64,000 nt of DNA from contig JBEKEH010000004.1 in assembly GCA_050013935.1 (NCBI GenBank), positions 6,779-70,778 on the forward strand, given 5' to 3'. This stretch comes from Gaiellaceae bacterium (GTDB lineage: Bacteria > Actinomycetota > Thermoleophilia > Gaiellales > Gaiellaceae). The notes beneath the pieces are model-generated. The model was not told the origin of the DNA. It saw only the letters and a list, made by a program, of their open reading frames with translations, and ran no database searches. This document shows, one piece after another, positions 55,847 to 63,540 of the stretch; position 1 is the stretch's first letter; each line of letters opens with the position of its first letter. Position numbers and translations under genes: made by a program.

Positions 55847-56977
55847 TTACCGCGGCGTCGCGAGCGCGGCGAGCGCGGCCAGCACGCCGATCGCGACGAA
55901 GCCGATCCGGCCGTCGCCGGGGAGCGAGAAGGTGAAGCCGACCAGCGGCGTGCCGACGACGATCACGAACGAGGCGCACGCGTTGATGAAACCGACGGCG
56001 GCCCCGGGCGCATCCGGCCGGACGGCGGCCGCGCCGGTGAACGCCATCGCAAATGGGATGCCGGCGGCGAGCCCGACGGCGGCCGCGGCGACGAACAGCA
56101 CCACGACCGGCAGGGGCGCCGCGAGGGCAACCGCACCGGCGCCGCCGAGCACGAGGCTCGCCGCCACCCAGCGCGACGCATCCGCGCGCCGGAGCAGAGA
56201 GCCGCCCGCGATGCGCGTGAAGAAGCCGAGCAGCAGCGTCAGCGATCCCGCCGCCGCGGCGACCGCCTTCGAGTGCCCGTGATGCTCGAGCAGCGTCACC
56301 ACCCAGTTGCCGACGACGACGCTGAAGCCGAACGAGAGCGCGTGGATGGCCGCGAACCGGTACAGCCGCGTGTCGCGTATCAGGCCGGAGTCGAGCCGCT
56401 CGCCCGCGTGGCGGGCCGTGCGCGGCCCGGGCGGCGCGAGCGCGAGCACGACGGTGGCGATCGCCGCGACGATGATCGCGCTCAGATACGGAGCGCGGAA
56501 GCCCGTCCACTGCGCGAAGCCGGGCACGAGCGCGAGCGCGATGCCCGGGGCGAGCACCGAGGCGCTGCCGTAGACGCCCTGCAGGAACGGCGAGCCCCCG
56601 CGTCCGCGAACGTAGTCGCTGCCCGAGACGAAGGCGAGGCCGGTGCCGAAGCCGACGACGGCCCGGCCGAGGAACGCGTACACCGGCTGCGGGCCGATGA
56701 GCGAGAGCGCATTGCCGGCGCCGATCACCGCGAGCCCGGCGAGCGCCGTGCGCCGCGCGCCGAACCGGTCGGCGATCCGGCCGCCCGGGATCTGCATCGA
56801 CATGTGCACGACGAACTGGGCGGTCGTGAAGAGCCCGATCGTCGCGAGCCCGACGCCGTACGCGTGCGCGAGCCGCGTCGCAATCGCACCGAGCGCGGTG
56901 ATGTTCCAGCCGACCGTGAAGCCGACCCCGAGACCGCCGACGGTCGCGCGCGTCCCGATGCCCCCTCCCCGCTCCAC
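55847..56977 (-). CDS. MFS transporter
   Basis: ORF 55847..56977 (GTG): ...IPGGRIADRFGARRT...; 10-12 hydrophobic segments. Confidence 0.85.
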   Translation of the reverse strand: MERGGGIGTRATVGGLGVGFTVGWNITALGAIATRLAHAYGVGLATIGLFTTAQFVVHMSMQIPGGRIADRFGARRTALAGLAVIGAGNALSLIGPQPVYAFLGRAVVGFGTGLAFVSGSDYVRGRGGSPFLQGVYGSASVLAPGIALALVPGFAQWTGFRAPYLSAIIVAAIATVVLALAPPGPRTARHAGERLDSGLIRDTRLYRFAAIHALSFGFSVVVGNWVVTLLEHHGHSKAVAAAAGSLTLLLGFFTRIAGGSLLRRADASRWVAASLVLGGAGAVALAAPLPVVVLFVAAAAVGLAAGIPFAMAFTGAAAVRPDAPGAAVGFINACASFVIVVGTPLVGFTFSLPGDGRIGFVAIGVLAALAALATPR

Positions 56978-56984
56978 GCGCGCG

Positions 56985-56994
56985 AGCGTACGCT
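56985..56994. promoter_or_regulatory. palindrome AGCGTACGCT supplying a TACGCT -10 hexamer on both strands
   Basis: TACGCT-N7-GTG 57002 on plus and TACGCT-N7-GTG 56977 on minus. The whole intergenic region is 24 bp. Confidence 0.4.
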
Positions 56995-57001
56995 ACGGCC
57001 C

Positions 57002-57661
57002 GTGCTGAAGCCCGGGAAGATCGTCTGCGTCGGACACAACTACCGCGCGCACGTGGCGGAGCTCTCCACCGACATGCCGGTGGAGCCGCTCCTGTTCGGC
57101 AAGTTCGCGACGACGGTGATCGCCTCCGGCGAGCCGATCGTGCTCCCGCCCGAGGCGACGCACGTCGACGCGGAGGTCGAGCTCGCAGTCGTGATCGGCA
57201 AGACGGTGCGGCGCATCTCCTCCGCCCGCGCCCTCGACGCCGTCGCGGGCTACCTCTGTGCGAACGACGTGAGCGCGCGCAACCTCCAGTACGGCGACGG
57301 GCAGTGGACGCGCGGCAAGGGGTTCGACACCTTCTGCCCCGTGGGGCCGGAGGAGCCGGTACCCGTGTCCGAGCTCGGCGACGGCTCGGGCCTTCGCGTC
57401 GTGCAGCGTCTGAACGGCGTCGTGATGCAAGACGGGAACACGCGCAACATGATCTTCGACGTGCGGTTCCTCGTCGCGTACGCGTCGAACGTGTTCACGC
57501 TCGAGCCGGGCGACCTGATCCTCACCGGCACGCCCGCGGGCGTCGGCTGGGCACGGGACCCGAAGGTGTCGCTGCGGGACGGCGACGTCGTCGAGGTCGA
57601 GGTCGAGGGAATCGGCGTCCTGTCCAACCCGGTCGTGGCCGAACACGTGACGCCGCCGTAA
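57002..57661 (+). CDS. fumarylacetoacetate hydrolase (FAH) family protein
   Basis: GTG 57002 within ORF 56273..57661: VLKPGKIVCVGHNYRAHVAE...EVELAVVIGK...GDLILTGTPAGVG. Confidence 0.88.
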   Translation: MLKPGKIVCVGHNYRAHVAELSTDMPVEPLLFGKFATTVIASGEPIVLPPEATHVDAEVELAVVIGKTVRRISSARALDAVAGYLCANDVSARNLQYGDGQWTRGKGFDTFCPVGPEEPVPVSELGDGSGLRVVQRLNGVVMQDGNTRNMIFDVRFLVAYASNVFTLEPGDLILTGTPAGVGWARDPKVSLRDGDVVEVEVEGIGVLSNPVVAEHVTPP

Positions 57662-57676
57662 CGCTATCGTCCTTCC

Positions 57677-58063
57677 GTGACGCGGCGTGCCGTACAGCTT
57701 GCGTTCCTGGTGGCTCTCGCCGGGGCCGCGCTCCTGCAAGTCGCCGGGCCCTCGACCGCCGCTCGTCCGCCCTCGCCGAGCGAAGCAGCTGCCATCCGCA
57801 AAGCCATCGCTCACAGTCCTGGGAAGTGGATGTGCTGCGCGGAAATGGTGCGCGTGACGCACATTCGCGTCTCGTCGGCGGACCGATCCTTCGCAAGTGC
57901 CCAGATCCAAGGTCTGAGCAAGCAGTCCCAGGTCGCCGAGGTCCTACTCTGGCGCGGGACGAAACGCTGGGCTGTGATCGACGAGGGAAGTGACTTCCTG
58001 GGCTGCAATCTCGTCGTGACTGCGGTTCGAAAAGACCTCTTCAACACGGCGCTCTGCCCTTGA
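57677..58063 (+). CDS. hypothetical secreted protein (paralog of the next gene)
   Basis: ORF 57677..58063 (TATCGT-N6-GTG). Signal peptide AFLVALAGAALLQVAGPSTAA. Confidence 0.6.
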   Translation: MTRRAVQLAFLVALAGAALLQVAGPSTAARPPSPSEAAAIRKAIAHSPGKWMCCAEMVRVTHIRVSSADRSFASAQIQGLSKQSQVAEVLLWRGTKRWAVIDEGSDFLGCNLVVTAVRKDLFNTALCP

Positions 58064-58512
58064 CGGCCGAGTGCGGTTCCGGCCGGTTTGGCCGGTGGGT
58101 CTCGCTCGCGGCGGCCGCCGCCGTGGCGACAACACTCTCTGGGTGTGGCGGACACGCATCCTCCACCCGCCCGCCGACGCCGCTCGAGCGAGCTGCGCTC
58201 CAGCAGGCGATCTTCGACTATGTCGTCGCACACACCGACGCGGTCAATCCTTCAATCACCAGGATCCGGGTGTCGTCGGTTCCCATCGGCTCGCGGAGCG
58301 CGGCGTCTTACACGGCGTTTGCGAGAGTCGACCTCATGGACCCCAGCGCCGGATACGCCGGGGCGCTCCTCGGCTATCGAAGGAAGGGAGAGATTCCGGG
58401 CTGGCGCGTGCTCGACCTCGGCTCGGACGAAGTGGGGTGCTCGCTGGGGCCGGCGGTGTTCGGCAGCCACAAGCAGGCGGTCCTGCGCAGCCTCGGACTG
58501 GGCTGCTCCTGA
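58060..58512 (+). CDS. hypothetical lipoprotein (paralog of the previous gene)
   Basis: ORF 58060..58512 (TTGA overlap). Lipobox TLSGCGG. Shares RPP[ST]P.E.AA, I[TR].IRVSS and W.V.D.GSD..GC.L with the upstream protein. Confidence 0.6.
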   Translation: MTAECGSGRFGRWVSLAAAAAVATTLSGCGGHASSTRPPTPLERAALQQAIFDYVVAHTDAVNPSITRIRVSSVPIGSRSAASYTAFARVDLMDPSAGYAGALLGYRRKGEIPGWRVLDLGSDEVGCSLGPAVFGSHKQAVLRSLGLGCS

Positions 58513-58564
58513 CACGCCGGCGCCGAGATCGGTGGCCGGCGAGGGCTCGGGCTATCGTGAGCGC

Positions 58565-58993
58565 ATGACCGCTGCGCCCTCCCCGTCCGGCCGGAAACAC
58601 ATCGCGCTGATCGCGCACGACAACCTCAAGGCCGACCTGCTCGACTGGGCACGCTACAACCGGGGCACGCTCGCCAAGCACGCGCTCCACGCCACCGGCA
58701 CGACCGGCACGCTGCTCGCCGACGAGCTCGGCCTCGACGTGCAGCTGTTCCTGAGCGGCCCGCTCGGCGGCGACCAGCAGATCGGTGCAGCCATCGCGGA
58801 AGGACGGATCGACTTCGTCATCTTCTTCTGGGACCCGCTCGAGCCGCACCCGCACGACGTCGACGTGAAGGCGCTCCTGCGCATCGCCGTCGTCTACAAC
58901 GTCCCGATCGCCTGCAACCGCGCGACCGCAGACTTCATCCTCTCGAGCCCGCTCCTGGCGGTGGACTACAGCCCGGATCCCCGAGCGGTCTAG
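58565..58993 (+). CDS. mgsA: methylglyoxal synthase
   Basis: ATG 58565 within ORF 58088..58993 (TATCGT-N6-ATG): [19 protein letters not shown]...ATGTTGTLL...[11 protein letters not shown]...[20 protein letters not shown]. Confidence 0.93.
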   Translation: MTAAPSPSGRKHIALIAHDNLKADLLDWARYNRGTLAKHALHATGTTGTLLADELGLDVQLFLSGPLGGDQQIGAAIAEGRIDFVIFFWDPLEPHPHDVDVKALLRIAVVYNVPIACNRATADFILSSPLLAVDYSPDPRAV

Positions 58994-59403
58994 AGGCGCT
59001 CGAGCACGACGACGGGGATCTTCCGCTCGGTGCGCGTCGCGTATTCGTCGTACGGCGCCCAGATCGACGTCATCACCGACCACAGCCGCTCGCGCTCCTC
59101 GCCGTCGGCGGTGCGCGCCCGCGCGCGGAAGCGGTCGCCCCGGATCTGCACGCCGACCTCGGGATGCTTGACGAGGTTCCGGTACCAGCCGGGATGCGCC
59201 GGCGCGCCGCCCTTCGACGCGACGATCACGACGTCGTCGCCGTCGCGCCCGAAGATCAGCGGCGTCGAGTGCTGCTCGCCGGTCCTGCGCCCGGAGGTCG
59301 TGAGGATCAGCGTCGGCGCCCCGCGCCACAGGTAGCCGATCTCGCCGTCGGTCTCGACGTACTTCGCGACGTGCGCCGGTCCGAAGAGCTCGTCGGCACT
59401 CAT
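58990..59403 (-). CDS. deazaflavin (F420)-dependent nitroreductase family protein (Ddn-like)
   Basis: ORF 58990..59403: [51 protein letters not shown]6-ATG. Confidence 0.88.
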   Translation of the reverse strand: MSADELFGPAHVAKYVETDGEIGYLWRGAPTLILTTSGRRTGEQHSTPLIFGRDGDDVVIVASKGGAPAHPGWYRNLVKHPEVGVQIRGDRFRARARTADGEERERLWSVMTSIWAPYDEYATRTERKIPVVVLERL

Positions 59404-59439
59404 GCCTACAGGCTAGTGGACGCGGCCATAAGTTCGTTC

Positions 59440-60318
59440 GTGTCTGGCGGTTCGCAAACCAAGCAGGCCCAGGACGCAGGGAGGCCGCATACCCGTAGGT
59501 ATGCGGCCGACCGAGGACAACGGCATGCGCCGCTTCAGCTCGAGCAGGTCAGCGTCTACCGCCACCACGGTGCGGAGCGTCACTACCTCCTGCGCGAGAT
59601 CGACTGGACGGTCGGGCAGGGCGAGCAGTGGGCCGTGCTCGGACCGAACGGAGCAGGCAAGACGACCCTGCTCGAGATCGCCTCGGCGCGGCTCCACCCG
59701 AGCTCCGGCTCGGCGACGATCCTCGGCGGCCGCCTCGGACGAACGCCGGTGCCGGCGCTGCGGCCGCGCATCGCCGTCGTCGAGCGGAGGCTGAGCGGCC
59801 GCTTCTTCCCGACGCTCACCGCGCTCGAGGTCGTCCTGACAGGAGTGACCGGAACGACGTCCCTGCTTCCGGAGGCGATCGACGACGGACGCATCGCCGA
59901 GGCGCACCGCCTGCTCGCGCACGTCCTCGCCGACCGGTTCGCCGACCGGCGGTTCACCGAGCTCTCGGAGGGAGAGCGCGCGCGCACGATGCTTGCGCGC
60001 GCGCTCATCGGCGACGCGCCGCTGCTCGTGCTCGACGAGTCGACCGCCGGCCTCGACCTCGGAGGACGTGAGCTCTTCCTGACCGCGCTCCAGCGGGTCA
60101 CGAGCGAGCGCCCCTCGGTCGCCGTGCTCGTCGCCGGCCACCACCTCGAAGAGCTTCCGGCGACCATCAGCCACGCGCTCCTCCTCGCCGGCGGCCGCGT
60201 CGTCGCGGCAGGCCCGATCGAGACGACGCTCACCGACGAGCTCCTGTCCGCGTGCTACGGCCTGCCCGCGCGCGTGACACGCGTCGACGGGCGGCTCTTC
60301 GCCACCACCCCGACCTAA
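59440..60318 (+). CDS. orphan ABC ATPase (ModF/YlmA-like), start uncertain
   Basis: ORF 59164..60318: GPNGAGKTTLLEI, LSEGERARTMLARA, LLVLDESTAGLD. The only in-frame canonical starts upstream of the Walker A motif are GTG 59440 and GTG 59416. Confidence 0.8.
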   Translation: MSGGSQTKQAQDAGRPHTRRYAADRGQRHAPLQLEQVSVYRHHGAERHYLLREIDWTVGQGEQWAVLGPNGAGKTTLLEIASARLHPSSGSATILGGRLGRTPVPALRPRIAVVERRLSGRFFPTLTALEVVLTGVTGTTSLLPEAIDDGRIAEAHRLLAHVLADRFADRRFTELSEGERARTMLARALIGDAPLLVLDESTAGLDLGGRELFLTALQRVTSERPSVAVLVAGHHLEELPATISHALLLAGGRVVAAGPIETTLTDELLSACYGLPARVTRVDGRLFATTPT

Positions 60319-61550
60319 GAGAAGCGCTCGAGCGCCTTCGCCGCCAGGCGGTCGAGCGCCTGCACCGACAGCTCGAGGTGCTCCTCCTTCGTGTCCTCGA
60401 GCTTCGTGTGCGAGAGGCCGCGCAGCGACTGGACGAACACCATCACCGTCGGCACGCCGGCGCGCGAGACTTCCGCCGCGTCGTGCAGCGGGCCGCTCGG
60501 CAGCCGGTGTGAGGGGCCGCACACCTCGCGGATCGACTCGTCCGCGAGCTCGATCAGCTCCGGGTCGAAGAGGATCGGCTCGATGTTCCAGATCCGGCTC
60601 CACGACACGTCGATGTTCTCCTCGCGCGCGAACCGCTCGCTCGCCTCCTGCGCGAGCGACAGCAGCCGCGCGAGCTTCCCCGCGTCGAGGTGCCGCTGGT
60701 CGAGCAGCTGCTCCGCCGTCTCGACGACCGAGGTGACGATCCCCGGCTTGCAGACGACGCCGCCGGAGGTACAGACCGCGCCGTCGCCGACCTCGGCCGC
60801 GATCGGGCGGATCTCGAGCGCGAGCTTCGCCGCGCCCGCGAGCGCGTCGCGCCGCTGGTCCATCGGCGTCGAGCCCGAGTGCGCCGCCTGGCCCTTCCAC
60901 GTCACCAGATGCCTTTCCACGCCGAACGTGCCGAGCACCACCCCGAGCGGCAGCTCCAGCGACTCGAGCACGGGCCCCTGCTCGATGTGCAGCTCGAGAT
61001 AGGCGACTGCGTGCGCGAGCTGCGAGCGCGCCTCGATCGCCCGGTCGAGGTCGACGCCGTGCTCGCGCAGCGCGTCCGGCAGCGCGATCCCGTTCGCGTC
61101 GCGCCGCTGACGCAGCTCGTCCTGGTCCGCCATCGAGCCCGCCGCGGCCGACGAGCCGAACAGGGAGCGGCCGAAGCGCGCCCCCTCCTCGTCCGCCCAG
61201 TTGACGAGCCGCACGGTCAGCGGCGGCGTCCCCTCCGCCGCGATGCGGCGCAGCACCTCGACGCCTGCCATCACGTTGAGGCAGCCGTCGAGCCAGCCGC
61301 CGTTCGGCACCGAGTCGATGTGGCCGCCGATCAGCAGCGCGCGCTCGGACGCGCCGGCGAGCGTGAACCACTGGTTTCCCGCCTCGTCGACCTCCTCCAC
61401 CGCCCTCGTGCCGGCGACCTTCTCGCGCAACCAGCCGCGCGCCGTCTCCCAGGTGTCCGTCCAGGCGACGCGCTGGGCGCCGTTCTCGTCGCCGGTCAGC
61501 TCGCGGAGCTCCTTCAGCTCGGCGACGGTGCGCGAGGGGTCGAGCGCCAC
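60315..61550 (-). CDS. M20-family Zn amidohydrolase (N-carbamoyl-amino-acid / allantoate amidohydrolase type)
   Basis: ORF 60315..61676 trimmed to GTG 61550 (TACTAT-N6-GTG): LLIGGHIDSVPNGGWLDG...NWADEEGARFG...HSGSTPM... GTG 61568 is an alternative. Confidence 0.9.
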   Translation of the reverse strand: MALDPSRTVAELKELRELTGDENGAQRVAWTDTWETARGWLREKVAGTRAVEEVDEAGNQWFTLAGASERALLIGGHIDSVPNGGWLDGCLNVMAGVEVLRRIAAEGTPPLTVRLVNWADEEGARFGRSLFGSSAAAGSMADQDELRQRRDANGIALPDALREHGVDLDRAIEARSQLAHAVAYLELHIEQGPVLESLELPLGVVLGTFGVERHLVTWKGQAAHSGSTPMDQRRDALAGAAKLALEIRPIAAEVGDGAVCTSGGVVCKPGIVTSVVETAEQLLDQRHLDAGKLARLLSLAQEASERFAREENIDVSWSRIWNIEPILFDPELIELADESIREVCGPSHRLPSGPLHDAAEVSRAGVPTVMVFVQSLRGLSHTKLEDTKEEHLELSVQALDRLAAKALERFS

Positions 61551-61570
61551 GCGGCGATAGTAAGTCACTC

Positions 61571-61583
61571 GCAACCAGGTTGC
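61571..61583. repeat. palindrome GCAACCAGGTTGC
   Basis: Perfect 6+1+6 palindrome. It overlaps the -35/spacer zone of the predicted promoter for 60315..61550. Confidence 0.55.
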
Positions 61584-61612
61584 AGGACATGTCCGTTCCA
61601 CGCCGTCGCCTT

Positions 61613-61625
61613 GCAACCTGGTTGC
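61613..61625. repeat. palindrome GCAACCTGGTTGC
   Basis: Second copy, 42 nt from the first, with the opposite centre base. It lies 28 nt upstream of GTG 61654. Confidence 0.55.
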
Positions 61626-61653
61626 GGAGAACCCCCCGTGATAAGAACCTCCC

Positions 61654-62016
61654 GTGCCGGCCTCGCTCCTCCGCACCGCCCGCCGCTCGCTCGGCGTCGG
61701 CGCCGCCCTCCTCGCGCTCGCCGGGCTCTGGGAGCTCTACCACTGGATCTGGACGACCGCCGGCTGGACGTGGCTGAACGAGATCAACAAGCTGATCTGG
61801 CCGAGCGCCAGCGGCATCGGGATCATGAACACGGCCGACTACCAGCGGACCGCGCAGATCTCGCAGCAGTTCGGCGTGATCACGAAGGCGCCGTCGGGGG
61901 CCTATCGCACCGACCTCGCGACGAAGGCGGTCGCAGAGCTGAAGGCGCAGGGCCTCGACGTCAACGGCAAGAGCTGGAAGCCGCTGAACGTCAAGGTCTC
62001 TCCGGGCGGCAAGTAA
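61654..62016 (+). CDS. 120-aa ORF, possibly a chimeric remnant (permease N-terminus fused to a substrate-binding-protein C-terminus)
   Basis: ORF 61654..62016: TM segment SLGVGAALLALAGLWELYHWIW, then LNEINKLIWPSASGIGIMNTADYQRTAQISQQFGVITKAPSGAYRTDLATKAVAELKAQGLDVNGKSW, which reads like the tail of an NMT1/NitT-type binding protein. Confidence 0.5.
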   Translation: MPASLLRTARRSLGVGAALLALAGLWELYHWIWTTAGWTWLNEINKLIWPSASGIGIMNTADYQRTAQISQQFGVITKAPSGAYRTDLATKAVAELKAQGLDVNGKSWKPLNVKVSPGGK

Positions 62017-62028
62017 GCGCGTTAGATT

Positions 62029-62056
62029 CTCGGGGCCGCCTCCGGGCGGCCCCGAG
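62029..62056 (+). terminator. perfect 12-bp hairpin
   Basis: CTCGGGGCCGCC-tccg-GGCGGCCCCGAG, 13 nt after the TAA at 62016. No T-tract. Confidence 0.5.
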
Positions 62057-62081
62057 GAACGCCGAGACCGAGGAGGGCGAA

Positions 62082-63497
62082 ATGTCGGTTCTGATTCGCG
62101 GCGGCCGCGTCGTCACCGCCGCCGATGACTACGTCGCGGACATCTACGTCGAGGACGAGACGGTCACACTGATCGGCGAGTCGCTCGAGGTCCAGGCCGA
62201 CAAGGTGATCGACGCCGCCGGCAGGTACGTTCTGCCGGGCGCGATCGACCCGCACACGCATCTCGACATGCCGTTCGGCGGCACGATGACCGCCGACGAC
62301 TTCGAGTCGGGCCAGACGGCCGCTGCGTTCGGCGGCACGACCTGCCACATCGACTTCGCGCTCCAGTCGCGTGGGCAGTCGTTCACCTCCGGTCTCGACG
62401 AGTGGCATGCCAAGGCGAACGGCAAGACGCTGATCGACTACGGCTTCCACATCATCGTCACCGACCTGAAGGAAGGCGGGACGCTCGAGGAGCTCGCGTC
62501 GCTGCCCGACCAGGGGATCACCTCGTACAAGCTCCTCATGGCCTACAAGAACGTCCTCCAGGTGGACGACGAGACGCTGTTCAAGGTCATGCAGCTCGCG
62601 CGCGAGACCGGCGCGCTCGTGATGATCCACGGCGAGAACGGCGACGCGATCGACGTGCTCGTCAAGCAGGCGGTCGCCGAAGGCAAGGGCGATCCCAAGT
62701 GGCACGCGCTCACGCGCCCGCCCGAGCTCGAGGGCGAGGCGACGAACCGCGCGATCCAGCTCGCCCACGTCGCCGGCAGCCCGCTGTACGTCGTCCACGT
62801 CACCTGCAAGGAGTCCGTCGACGCGATCGCGCGCGCCCGCGCGCAGGGCTGGCCGGTCTGGGGCGAGACGTGCACCCAGTACTTCTTCATCAATCTCAGC
62901 CACATCTCGCAGCCGGGGTTCGAGGGCGCGAAGTACGTCTACTCGCCGCCGGTGCGCGACGACTCGAACCACGCGGTGCTCTGGCACGCGGTGCAGTCGG
63001 ACGTCCTGTCGGCGATCTCCACCGATCACTGCGCCTTCACGTTCAAGGGGCAGAAGGAACTCGGCCTGGGTGACTTCTCGAAGATCCCGAACGGCGCGCC
63101 CGGGCTCGAGGAACGCGTGAAGATGATCCACCACTTCGGCGTCAACGAGGGCCGGATCGGCCTCAACCGGATGGTCGAGCTGCTCTCGACGAACGCGGCG
63201 AAGCTGTTCGGCCTCTACCCGAGGAAGGGCACGATTGCGGCAGGCTCCGACGCCGACATCGTCATCTTCGACCCCGAGAAGCGCACGACGGTCAGCGCCG
63301 CGACGCAGCACTCGAAGTCGGACTACAACCTCTACGAAGGCACCGAGGTCGTCGGCGACGTCGAGACGGTGCTGCTGCGCGGCCACGTCCTGATCGAGAA
63401 CGGCGCGCTCGTCGCGAAGCCCGGGATCGGGCAGTTCGTGAAGCGGGCCCGTTTCGGCGAGGAGCTGAAGCCGGCCCGCCTCGCGGCCACGCGTTGA
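62082..63497 (+). CDS. dihydropyrimidinase / D-hydantoinase
   Basis: ATG 62082 after GAGGAGGG, within ORF 60690..63497: MSVLIRGGRVV...GAIDPHTHLDMPFGG...TSYKLLMAYK...VHGENG...STDHCAF. Confidence 0.95.
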   Translation: MSVLIRGGRVVTAADDYVADIYVEDETVTLIGESLEVQADKVIDAAGRYVLPGAIDPHTHLDMPFGGTMTADDFESGQTAAAFGGTTCHIDFALQSRGQSFTSGLDEWHAKANGKTLIDYGFHIIVTDLKEGGTLEELASLPDQGITSYKLLMAYKNVLQVDDETLFKVMQLARETGALVMIHGENGDAIDVLVKQAVAEGKGDPKWHALTRPPELEGEATNRAIQLAHVAGSPLYVVHVTCKESVDAIARARAQGWPVWGETCTQYFFINLSHISQPGFEGAKYVYSPPVRDDSNHAVLWHAVQSDVLSAISTDHCAFTFKGQKELGLGDFSKIPNGAPGLEERVKMIHHFGVNEGRIGLNRMVELLSTNAAKLFGLYPRKGTIAAGSDADIVIFDPEKRTTVSAATQHSKSDYNLYEGTEVVGDVETVLLRGHVLIENGALVAKPGIGQFVKRARFGEELKPARLAATR

Positions 63498-63501
63498 GGT
63501 T

Positions 63502-63534
63502 GAAGGGGGCCGCCTTGCGACGGCGGCCCCCTTC
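63502..63534. terminator. bidirectional terminator hairpin
   Basis: GAAGGGGGCCGCC-ttgcgac-GGCGGCCCCCTTC: perfect 13-bp stem between the convergent stops at 63497 and 63541. Confidence 0.6.
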
Positions 63535-63540
63535 AGCAGG

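Noticed and set aside
59501-59794. 97-aa ORF starting at the ATG inside the hairpin.
   Set aside because: Its composition is Ser/Arg/Thr-rich junk and it is out of frame with the ABC ATPase motifs that occupy the same DNA.
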